A stretch of DNA of 64,000 bases from Myxococcota bacterium (GTDB taxonomy: Bacteria > Myxococcota_A > Polyangia > Nannocystales > Nannocystaceae), in contig JBCCWC010000008.1 in the NCBI GenBank assembly GCA_039194325.1, forward strand, positions 1-64,000, read 5' to 3'. The number at the start of each line of letters is the position of its first letter. Position 1 is the stretch's first letter. Positions 30,773-40,100 of the stretch are shown piece by piece. The notes beneath the pieces are model-generated. The model was not told the DNA's origin, did not search any database, and saw only the letters and a program-made list of their open reading frames with translations. A program made the translations under genes and the position numbers.

Positions 30773-31840
30773 TCAGGCCGGCGGCTCGAAGTCGTCGCAC
30801 GCGCTGTCGATCATCCCTACCGCCTCCTCGAAGAACGGCGCGTAGTCGTCCGCACAAACCGGCCCCACCGAGCCAAAGCCGAACATCTCGGTGAAGGCCC
30901 GTAGCCGCGGCGCCGGCTCGGCCCCCGAGACGTCGCTGGTCGGATCGAGGGGGTTGGCCAACGCGATCCCCGGACAGCTACCGGCGATGTCGCAATCGCC
31001 GAGCAGCGAGAGCACCACCACCGCGTCCTCGTCCCCGCCCTTGGCCGCCACCAGCGATGCATGCCAACTCGCCGGATCGCCGACCGAGTTGAGGTCGGAG
31101 TCGGCCGGCTCACAGCTACCGTCGAGCGGGGGGTTGAACGAGGTATCGAGCGGGCTGTCCTCCTCGTCGGTAATGATCGTCACCACCAGGATCGCGTCGT
31201 CGCGTAGGAAGCCTTCGTTGCACTGGCCCGGCCCCACCAAAGAGCCCACCGCCGCCAATAGTGAGTCCATCGTCTGCTCGTCGCCCGACCCATCGAAACC
31301 CCGCGAGCCCATGCACGTGAACGCGCCCACCAGGTCGGCCTGCTCCGAGGTGGCGTAGCGCCGACCCCCCGCGATCATGCAGTCCTGTCCCGTCGACGAG
31401 CGCACCTGGCCCGCCCCCAGCGTGCCGTCGCACCCCGCCGCCAGCACCTGCCCCGCGTCGACCACCATCAGGTTGAAGTCGTCGAGCTCCAGGGTGTTCT
31501 CGATGGCCGCGATGAACCCGGGGAAGCTCGCCAGCAGGTTGTCCTGCTCGTCCTGCATCGAGCCCGAGCTGTCGATCACGAACACGAAGTCGACCTTCTG
31601 ACAGCCCAACTCTTCGGAGCCATCGTCGGCCAGCCCCGTACCGTCGGGGTCCGGCAGGTCGAGCTTCTCGATGTCGCCCGCCTCCTCGCTCGGACCGGTC
31701 GAGGTCATGGTCATGGGGAGCGGGATCCCCGTGACCTCGTCGCTTCCACTGGGCGAATCCTCGCCCGAGCACGCGGCCAGCCCGACGGCCAACCCCACCA
31801 CGATCCAGCCCCTGTGGCCCGGCCAACGCAACGAAACCAT
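30773..31840 (-). CDS. vWA-like domain lipoprotein
   Basis: LAA-C lipobox; VDFVFVIDSSGSM (MIDAS), GFLRDDAILVVTIITDEED. Confidence 0.85.
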   Translation of the reverse strand: MVSLRWPGHRGWIVVGLAVGLAACSGEDSPSGSDEVTGIPLPMTMTSTGPSEEAGDIEKLDLPDPDGTGLADDGSEELGCQKVDFVFVIDSSGSMQDEQDNLLASFPGFIAAIENTLELDDFNLMVVDAGQVLAAGCDGTLGAGQVRSSTGQDCMIAGGRRYATSEQADLVGAFTCMGSRGFDGSGDEQTMDSLLAAVGSLVGPGQCNEGFLRDDAILVVTIITDEEDSPLDTSFNPPLDGSCEPADSDLNSVGDPASWHASLVAAKGGDEDAVVVLSLLGDCDIAGSCPGIALANPLDPTSDVSGAEPAPRLRAFTEMFGFGSVGPVCADDYAPFFEEAVGMIDSACDDFEPPA

Positions 31841-32169
31841 GCATGCAGCATGACCGATGCCCCCGAGCCAGCGCAACCGGAACAACCGCGTCAACCGGCG
31901 CTTCGAATCGCTCGCCCTTCATAGCGAGCGTACGAGGATCGACCGACCCCACCAAAATCACTGCGCCCTATCGTCCGCCAGTGGCAAGGTGTTCGTCACG
32001 TACGGGGACCAACCAACTTCGCCAACCGCACTACGCGGGATCCTCCGCCCGTCGTGAGGAATTGGTCACCAAGACCTACCGCTCCACCACCGCGTCCACC
32101 ATCGCGTCCACCATCGCGTCCACCATCGCGTCCATCATCACTCCTCGCCCCCGACCCATCGCCCACCGC

Positions 32170-34554
32170 TCAGAAGCGTTCGTGACGAAATCGCAACCCG
32201 TGAGCCTCACACACCTTGCCCACGCTCCGAGCCAGACCCGGCGGGCCGCACAGGAACACGTCGGGCTTGGGCAGCCCGGGCACGGCCGAGAACTGGCCAA
32301 GCAGCGTATCGAAGTCGGGCCGCCCAAAGCGCGTACGCGCGCGCAGGCCGGTCACTACGTCGCTGAGCGTGTGATCATAGAGCACCGCCCGCGCCAGATC
32401 GAGAGTGCCCCCGACCATGTCCGCCCGCGCCCCCGTCAGGTAGATGTGGATGTCGAACAACTCGCTGCCCCCTTCGGCCTCGAGCCGGGACAGCAGATCG
32501 GTAAACCACTCGAAGGCGTATTGATCCCGGCTGAGCCACACGAAGTGCACCTTCTCCACCGCATCGGCCGACCCCGCCGCCCGCCGCCGCATGTGAATGC
32601 TCTGCAAAAGCGACGCGAAGGGGGTCACCCCGATCCCGGCCCCGATCATCACCGCATGTCGGCACTGCAGCAGCGCCGAGCTGGGCGTCCCGTAGGGCCC
32701 GTCGATGCGCACCGGTAGCCCCGCGATCGTCCGCGACGGATAGGGCGGTAGCGCCTTGCGCCGGCGGATCCGCGGCCCGCCCGGCGGCGGCTCCGTGCCC
32801 GGCGGGGCCATGTAGTCGTAAAGAGCCGCCGTCCAGTTGCCCAGGCGTCGCACGTGCACCGAGATCTGGTGGGGATCCTCCGGCGCGCTGGTCAGCGTAA
32901 AGGGATGCCACTCGTGACGAGCGATCGCGGGGATCCGCAAGAACACGTAGTCACCCGGCTGATAGGCGAAGCTCCGCGGGCGCGCGATGTCGAGGCGAGT
33001 GACCCCCGAGGGCAAGATCTCAGCGCCCACCAGCGTGGTTGGCTGACTGCGCGCCACCATTCGCACCAGCCGCTCGATCGCAAAGCCCACCCCCGGCAGC
33101 AGCACCCACCCCCAGAACACCGGGCCATGGACCAGCATCAAGCCGAACCATAAAAAGTACAGCCGGTGGGTGTAGTGGAACGCCTCGAAGCTGCCTGACC
33201 GACGCACCCGCTCGCGCGAGAACAGCCACATCATCGTCAGCACCCACAGCAGCACCGCGCCGGTGATGTTGGCCGTGCTCTTCCACGCCCCGGGCCCGAG
33301 GTTGACGAGGATGTTGAGCCCGTGGGCCGCCGTGTGCACCAGCGCCAGCACGAAGATCGTCTCGCCCACGATGCGATGGATCTCGATGCTCTCGTCCACC
33401 GGCAAGAAGCGCCCCAGCGTTCGCCTTCGCACCCAGCTGACCGTGTAGCGCAGCATCGGCACCAAGATGAGCGCGCCATTGAAGTTGAGACACGCCCCGC
33501 AGCCTCGGGCGATCTGGACCAGCAGGCCCGCTCCTTGCGTGCGGTAGCGCCAAAACGCCTCGCCGAAGAGCACCGCGTTGATCACCGTATAGACCGCGAG
33601 GAACCCGACGAGCAGCGCGGTGTTACGAGCCCACGGAGCCCAGCGCGCCTTCGGGCTCGGCGCCGTTTGGGTCGCACGGGCACGCTTGGTGGGGGTCAGC
33701 AGCGCCACCCCATACTGCGCGAGCTCGGCTCGCAGCTCGGGGCGTGAGTCCACCATCGCCACGAACTCATCGAAGGTCATCGCGTTGCTGTCGTCGTGAT
33801 CACCGGCCAGCCACACCGCGTCGACCAGGCGCTCGACCACCGCATCGGGCAGCTGTACGCGATTCTCCGCCAGGCTGATGTGCAGCAGCCGCTCGAACTC
33901 CTCGCGGTCCAGCCGACCGTCACCATCGTGGTCGTGCAGCCGAAACAAGAACCCCAGCTTGGCCTCCACCGGCCCCGCCATGACCGCCTCGGCCGCGGCC
34001 GCCAGATCTCGCCCGCCCGCGAAGCCGCAGCGCGAGAAGTCCAGCGCTAAGAGCACCCGCTCGGCCAGGTAGAGGCTACGCAAGCCCAAGACCTCCTGAA
34101 CGGCCGGGCCATCGATCGGGCCGGTCATCTCTCCGAGGCGATTGACCACCGTGGCGATGGGGATCGCATGGGACGAGCCGGGCTCGTCGCGTTCACGCGC
34201 GGCATGGGCCGCCACCTCCTGCTCGGACGCGTTCGGCCCAGACCCACGCTCCTTCTGCGAGCCCGACGCGCTCGATGACGCCACCAGTGTCCGGCCCGAC
34301 GGCGACGGGCTCGACCCCTGCACCAGCGTCTGCCCCGACGGCGACGGGCTCGACCCCTGCACCAGCGTCTGCCCCGACTGCGACGGGCTCGACCCCTGCA
34401 CCAGCGTCTGCCCCGACTGCGACGGGCTCGACCCCCGCACCAGCGTCTGCCCTGACTGCGACGGGCTCGACCCCTGCACCAGCGTCTGCCCTGACTGCGA
34501 CGGGCTCGAAGACCCAGCGGATGGCCGATCAGAGCCTGCTCCCGAGGACGACAC
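32170..34554 (-). CDS. EF-hand NADPH oxidase (NOX5/RBOH-like)
   Basis: EF hands DHDGDGRLDREE and DHDDSNAMTFDE. Heme His pairs IHRIVG..LVHTAAH and FHYTHRL..LVHG. FAD motif EWHPFTLTSAP; DGPYG; NADPH motif GAGIGVTPF; FLCGP; terminal HERF. GAGGAG RBS 7 nt before the GTG at 34554. Confidence 0.93.
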   Translation of the reverse strand: MSSSGAGSDRPSAGSSSPSQSGQTLVQGSSPSQSGQTLVRGSSPSQSGQTLVQGSSPSQSGQTLVQGSSPSPSGQTLVQGSSPSPSGRTLVASSSASGSQKERGSGPNASEQEVAAHAARERDEPGSSHAIPIATVVNRLGEMTGPIDGPAVQEVLGLRSLYLAERVLLALDFSRCGFAGGRDLAAAAEAVMAGPVEAKLGFLFRLHDHDGDGRLDREEFERLLHISLAENRVQLPDAVVERLVDAVWLAGDHDDSNAMTFDEFVAMVDSRPELRAELAQYGVALLTPTKRARATQTAPSPKARWAPWARNTALLVGFLAVYTVINAVLFGEAFWRYRTQGAGLLVQIARGCGACLNFNGALILVPMLRYTVSWVRRRTLGRFLPVDESIEIHRIVGETIFVLALVHTAAHGLNILVNLGPGAWKSTANITGAVLLWVLTMMWLFSRERVRRSGSFEAFHYTHRLYFLWFGLMLVHGPVFWGWVLLPGVGFAIERLVRMVARSQPTTLVGAEILPSGVTRLDIARPRSFAYQPGDYVFLRIPAIARHEWHPFTLTSAPEDPHQISVHVRRLGNWTAALYDYMAPPGTEPPPGGPRIRRRKALPPYPSRTIAGLPVRIDGPYGTPSSALLQCRHAVMIGAGIGVTPFASLLQSIHMRRRAAGSADAVEKVHFVWLSRDQYAFEWFTDLLSRLEAEGGSELFDIHIYLTGARADMVGGTLDLARAVLYDHTLSDVVTGLRARTRFGRPDFDTLLGQFSAVPGLPKPDVFLCGPPGLARSVGKVCEAHGLRFRHERF
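34282..34509. repeat. 39-bp coding tandem repeat, about 6 copies (SSPSQSGQTLVQG)
   Basis: CACCAGCGTCTGCCCCGACTGCGACGGGCTCGACCCCTG, head-to-tail with no spacers. Confidence 0.95.
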
Positions 34555-34565
34555 GTCTACGCTCC

Positions 34566-35531
34566 TCAGATCAGCGACAGCTGGGTCGCCTGCCCTTGAA
34601 CTTCTACGTTGGCCCCCTGCGAGCGCAACCACTGCGCCCCCTGAGCCGTCCACGCCGAGTCGCCCCGCAGCAAGATCCGTGGCCGCGCACACGACTCCCA
34701 ATACGCCCCCAGGTGCTCGCGGTCGACCCGCCCCGGGCAGCTCACCTCGGTGATCTGCAGTCGCTCGCCCGCGGGGCCCCGCCGAGATCGCCACGCGTCA
34801 ACTTGCTGTCGCACGGGCTCCGGCGCGCTGACCAGCACGACCGCGGAGATCTCGTGCCGCTGCAAGCCCGCGCCGTCGATGGCGTCGTGGGGCCACAGCA
34901 GCACCGGAGCCTCGGGCTCGAGCCCTTCGAGATACGGCGTGAAGCGGGGATGGGCCTGAAAACGGACCTGAGCTCCACACGCAGCCACGATCTGCCGGGC
35001 CCCCACCGCGGTATCCACCAACACCAACGTCACCCCTCCGAGCGAAGCCAGGGTGCGCAGCCCCTTGACCCGCAATGTCGGCGGGGGCTCGTCTAGCGCC
35101 CACTCGGCCTGCGCCCGAAGCAACAACCAGTCGCACTCCACCGCCGCGGGCACCACCCCCAGCCCCCAGGTATAGAGGCACCGCAGTCCCCCTTGGCGGT
35201 GGGCGAGCCGTAACGACGACCCCCCCAGCGGCAGCCCCGACGACACCGCCTCGAGGGTGAGCCGGCCCACCCCGAACTCGCGACCGTGGTCCACCAGCAC
35301 CGCCCGCGCCAGGCTCGTGCGCTGCGCCGGCGAGAGGTTGGCCAGCGCCATCGCATAGACCAGATCACGGTGGCCGATCCACGGCCCCGGCACCAGCTTT
35401 CCCTGCGCGCCCACGTGCGACAAGAAGCACGTGCGATCGACCGCCGGCTCGTCCAGCGACAGGCGCTCCCGCGAGATCATATGCTGCACCTCCTGCAGCT
35501 CGGAATCCTTGGGCGCTTCGAGGTCGGCCAC
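34566..35531 (-). CDS. Degenerate metallo-beta-lactamase/beta-CASP-like protein lacking metal ligands
   Basis: FLSHVGAQG (vs SHAHxDH), SGLPLGGSSL (vs AGHxLGS), LYTWGL (vs YTGD), ECDWLLL. Confidence 0.55.
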   Translation of the reverse strand: MADLEAPKDSELQEVQHMISRERLSLDEPAVDRTCFLSHVGAQGKLVPGPWIGHRDLVYAMALANLSPAQRTSLARAVLVDHGREFGVGRLTLEAVSSGLPLGGSSLRLAHRQGGLRCLYTWGLGVVPAAVECDWLLLRAQAEWALDEPPPTLRVKGLRTLASLGGVTLVLVDTAVGARQIVAACGAQVRFQAHPRFTPYLEGLEPEAPVLLWPHDAIDGAGLQRHEISAVVLVSAPEPVRQQVDAWRSRRGPAGERLQITEVSCPGRVDREHLGAYWESCARPRILLRGDSAWTAQGAQWLRSQGANVEVQGQATQLSLI

Positions 35532-35535
35532 GGGA

Positions 35536-36018
35536 TCAGGCCCTCTTGGTGTCGTGCTTGGCCCGAGCCCGGGCCTTCCGAAAGAAGTCGCGGAGCAGCG
35601 CCGCCGCCGGCTCGGCGAGCACGCCCGGCACCAGCTCTACTCGATGGTTGAGCCGCGGATCGGTACAGATCTGATAGAGACTTCGCACGGCGCCAGCCTT
35701 GGGATCGTCGGCTCCGTAGACCAAGCGCGCAACCCGGGCGTTGACGATCGATCCCGCGCACATAGGGCAGGGCTCGAGAGTCACGTAGAGGGTGGCCCCA
35801 TCCACCCGCCAGCGCCCCGTGGTGCGGCAGGCATCCCGCAGCGCCACGATTTCGGCGTGGCCCGTGGGATCTGCGTCGACCTCGCGACGGTTCTCGCCCA
35901 CCCCGACCACGACCCCCTCGCGCACCACGATCGCCCCCACCGGCACGTCACCCCGAGACGCCGCCAACCTGGCCCGCTCCAGAGCATAGCGCATGAAGCG
36001 TTCGTCGTCGGTGAGCAT
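35536..36018 (-). CDS. tadA: tRNA adenosine(34) deaminase
   Basis: DVPVGA, DPTGHAEIVALR, TLEPCPMCAG, GADDPKAGA, LNH. Confidence 0.93.
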   Translation of the reverse strand: MLTDDERFMRYALERARLAASRGDVPVGAIVVREGVVVGVGENRREVDADPTGHAEIVALRDACRTTGRWRVDGATLYVTLEPCPMCAGSIVNARVARLVYGADDPKAGAVRSLYQICTDPRLNHRVELVPGVLAEPAAALLRDFFRKARARAKHDTKRA

Positions 36019-36054
36019 GGTGTTGGTCGCAGAGTCACCCAGATCGCGCTTCGC

Positions 36055-37113
36055 TCACAAGCCCCGGCGCTCGTGCGTCCTTCGTTCACCCTGGCGTCGA
36101 TCCCCATCGGAAGCCAGCCCCGGCCCGTGAGCCACGTGCCGGTCGAGCTGCCGCCTCAGGTGCTCCTCGGCCGCGGCCACCAGTCGAGGAGACCACACCT
36201 GCATCTGCACCGAGAGCCGATGCTCCCCTCCCCCGCCCGCCTCGACCACCACCTGGCCCGAAGGATCGCGATACGGCGAGAGGCCCGCGAGCAACCGCGC
36301 ACGACGGATCTCCTCGGCGCTCCAGGGATGATCTCGACGCAGCGAGATCTGAAGCGGCACACTGTAGCGCGCCGGGCCGATCGCCACCACCTCGGTGCCG
36401 ACCAACCGGTTGGGCAGGTAGAGCAGAGATCCATCGGCTTGGTGCAGCTCCACGTGGGTGAAGCTCACCCGCCGGACCACCCCATGATGCTCAGCCATCG
36501 CGATCCGATCGCCCTCCCGCAATCGGCCCCGCACCGCCAGCGTCACCCCGGCCGCGAGGTTCTCCAGCTGTCGCCGTAGCACCGCCATCGAGGCCACCGC
36601 GAGCAGGGTCAGCACCCCGAGGGTCAACGTTGGAGCGGCTCGCAGCAGGCGCACCGCGATCACCACGAACGCCAGGACCCACGCCCCAAGCGACACGAGA
36701 TCCCCCGCGATGTTGACCAACCGATGGTGCTCGACGCCCAGGCGAAGCACAAAGCGAGTCACTCGCTGCGCGGCTCGGCTGACCCCCCAGGCCAGCATCA
36801 GCACCAGCGGGAAGAACAGCCCCCGCGGGAACGAGAGCCGCGTTCGCAGCGCTCGCAGCTCTCGAGCGGCCGCGGGCTCGGCCGCCCCGGCCGGCGTCCC
36901 CGTGCTCGGCTCCTCGAAGATCTCCGCGATCGGATCGGACTGGGCGGTCGCGGCCGGGCTCGGGCGCTCGACCGAAGAACGAGGGGCCGCGGCCGAGCCC
37001 GAGGCCGGCACCTCCGCCGATCCTCCCCGGCACGCCGACACCCCGAGCAACACCCCGAGCAATGCCCCGAGCATCAGCGACCCGCGCCGACGGGTCGTCG
37101 GCCGACCGGTCAC
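36055..37113 (-). CDS. MscS-family mechanosensitive channel (possible lipoprotein signal)
   Basis: LENLAAGVTL...LREGDRI...GVVRRV...DGSLLYLPN, plus three TM segments. Confidence 0.85.
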   Translation of the reverse strand: MTGRPTTRRRGSLMLGALLGVLLGVSACRGGSAEVPASGSAAAPRSSVERPSPAATAQSDPIAEIFEEPSTGTPAGAAEPAAARELRALRTRLSFPRGLFFPLVLMLAWGVSRAAQRVTRFVLRLGVEHHRLVNIAGDLVSLGAWVLAFVVIAVRLLRAAPTLTLGVLTLLAVASMAVLRRQLENLAAGVTLAVRGRLREGDRIAMAEHHGVVRRVSFTHVELHQADGSLLYLPNRLVGTEVVAIGPARYSVPLQISLRRDHPWSAEEIRRARLLAGLSPYRDPSGQVVVEAGGGGEHRLSVQMQVWSPRLVAAAEEHLRRQLDRHVAHGPGLASDGDRRQGERRTHERRGL

Positions 37114-40100
37114 CCGTCCCTCCGGGTCAGCGCCCCGAACTCGACGAGCGCCGCGCAGACCGTGGGCTGCACGATCGGCGCCAGGCGCAAGCCCCCTTGC
37201 AACCCCGAGCGGGTCTCGAGGATCCCGGCGGCTCGCAAGAAGGCGACGTGACGGCTCACCTCGGCCCGGGTAAGCGCCAGCGTGCGGGCCAGCGCGTCCA
37301 GCTCGACCGTGCCAAAGCGCACCACCTGCAACAGCAGCCCCACCGCATGAGGGTGAAGCTGGTCGAGGAAGCGGCTACGCTGGAGCACGTGGCTGCGCCG
37401 CGTGGGCATCACCGCGTCGTCGCTCAGCGACTCCACGTCACGATGCCACGCCCGGAGCGCCGCCCGCAGGTTGCCCCCGCTCGTTCGCAGAAGGTTGCGA
37501 TAGTAGTCGCGGCGACTCACCGCCGCCCGGCGTCGACTCTGGATCCGTGCCCAGCGACCATGCGGATACTCGATCGACATCCCGCTGACCCGATTGCGAG
37601 CCTCCACCACCCGGGCCAGCGCGTCCGCATCCAGGGTGCCCAGGCCGATCACCCGCCCGAAGGCCTGCCGCACCGCCACCGCCGGATCGAACAACGCCAG
37701 CGCATCCTCCGAGACGGACACCGCCCAGAACGCCACGTGCCGGGTCCCCACCACCAAGTCGAGGATCGCCGCCAGATCCCGCAGCCCCCTCAGATCGGGC
37801 GAGCACCACGCCTCTAGATCGTCCACCACGATCGCGGTGTGCTCGTCGGCCAGGTGTGCCCGCACCTCACCGGTCCGGGGCTCGCACTGCAGCTCGCTGG
37901 CCAGGGCGGCCAGCAGCCCGTCGCGGTGGTCGTGCTCGTCTCCCAGCCGTAGCACCCGGGGCGCTCGAAACTCGCTTTGGGCCACGTTGAGCAGCGAGGT
38001 CCGTCCCGTGCCGTGCTCTCCGACCACCAGCACGCCCCCCTCCCGCTGCCCCTCGAACGCCGCCTGCTCGGCGGCGAGCAGCTGCTTGAGCTCGGAGCGA
38101 GCGGTGGCGAAGAAGCGCCGATCGTGCAGCGGCTCCAGCGAGAACAGGCGCCCGTACATCGGCGGCAGCTCCGTCTGACCGGGCGAGCGCTCCTCGGCGT
38201 AGAGCTGCCGCCGCAACCCCGTCGCGTCCAGTCGCGCCCGCCCCGCTCGGCGCTGTAGCTCTGCAGAGAGGTCGCTGGCGGCGAGGCGCTGCCACAGCGC
38301 CCGCGCTCGACTGCGCATTCGCCCGAGCCCCGCCGCCAGCCGATCGATCTCACGGGTCAGCACCCGCTGCGCCGAGACAAGCACCGTACGACGCTCGGCC
38401 ACTTCGACCCGGGCCCGCGCCGCATTGGCGCGCACCGCCGCGAACGCCCGGGCCAGCCCCTCGCTCAGCTGCGCGGGCGTGCCATCGCGGGCATGGACGA
38501 GCTTGTCGAGCAGCTCGTCCACGCGCCGCAGCGCCCGAGCCACGCCGTCCAGCACGAGCGCCCGGGGATCTTCTTGCTCCTCCTCACCGCTGCGCGCCAG
38601 CTCGATCGCGAAGGTCGCCACGCCCACGTGCTCACGCAGCTGGCTGTTGATCTCGTTGACCAGCGCGTGGGCTTGGCGGACGCTCTCCCCCAGCTGCGAC
38701 GAGAAGTCCACCAGCAAGCACTCCTCGCAGATCCGACGCAGCGGCACGTGGATGATCTCGGTCTCCAGCGGGCTGCCCGCGAACTGAAGCGGGGTCGTGC
38801 CTCCGAGCGCCGCCACGTCGTCGGGCAGATCGCGGACTGTCGTCCTAAGCACTTCCATCAGCTTCGCCTCGACCACTGCCTCGCGCAGCTGCGCCCGTCG
38901 TTGCTTGAGAGTCCGATGAGACTCCTGAGAGAACGCTCGCCGACAGCCCGCGGCCGCCTCTTCGAGCGCGGTGGCGTCGAGTACCTCGACCTTCGCGAGA
39001 TCTTCGCGGATCGCCACCAGGCACTCCCGCGTCCGCTCGACCTCGGGCACCGTGACCTCCAGCATGGCCGTCAAAGGCGCCACGAAGCCCCGATCGACCT
39101 GCGCGTCGATGTGGCGCTCGAGCGCCTCCACCTCCACCGTCAGCCGCACCGTGCGACGAGCCGCGGCCAGCTTCGGCGTCCAATGACGCCCTCCCCGCGC
39201 GAGCTCCGCGAGACTTCGCGTGACCGAGGGCTCGACTCGGGAGAAGCGCAACCGCCGATCGGGCAGCTTGACGGTCCCCGCTTCCGCGGCCCACGTGGCG
39301 AGCTGGACCATGCCCTCGCGGAGCGCCTGCTCGACCACCTCGCGCCACCGTGGGATCCATTGCTGCAACAGCCCCGCCGCCGCCGCCCGAACCTCGGTCA
39401 CGCTCCGGTTGCCCTCCACCAGCTGACGCAGATCGGCATAGAGCGTCGCCTCGGTGCGCAGCCAGCCCCCCAGCGCCTCTTGCAGCGCCGGCGCGAGCAC
39501 GGGCTCGACCGCGGTCCGGGCTGCCATGCGCAGCGGCACCCGCCGCCGCCGCTCGCCGCGTGCGACGACCCGAACACCCCGCGCCACCAGCTTGCGAGCG
39601 CGCAGCCTCGGGCCGTCACCACGCTGCCCGCGGATCAAGTGCTCTGGCAACGACGCGTAGTACTCGACCGGTAGCGCCCGCATCTCGGCGCGCAGCACCT
39701 CGAACAGCTGCGCCGTCCGGGCCGCTCGCTCGCTCGCGTCCGGCTCGGGCGAGGCTTCGGCCCAGCGACGCAGGGCCGACAAGGACAACGGCTGCTCATC
39801 TCCCTCGGGGAGCGCCTCCACCAGCGCCTCAGCCTGCGCTCGAGCCCACGCCTCCAGCGCCTCGCCCACGAATACGTCCAGGTGCCCTTGCAGCGCGCGC
39901 TCCAGGTCATCGAGCCGCTGGTCGAGCGCCGGCTCACCGGTCGAAGGCCGGGGGTCGGGCTCGGTCCCCGCGTCCGCCCCCGCCGCTCCCTTCGCCGGCA
40001 CTTGCTCGGAGTCGGGCAGCTCTCCGGTCCGGCGCAGCGCCAAGCGCAGGGTGATCGGACCCACCAGCAGGTTGATCGCCACCACCGCCATCCCCGTGTT

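Noticed and set aside
34282..34509. 39-bp repeats as a CRISPR array
   Set aside because: Head-to-tail with no unique spacers, in frame within the NOX ORF, and no cas genes nearby.
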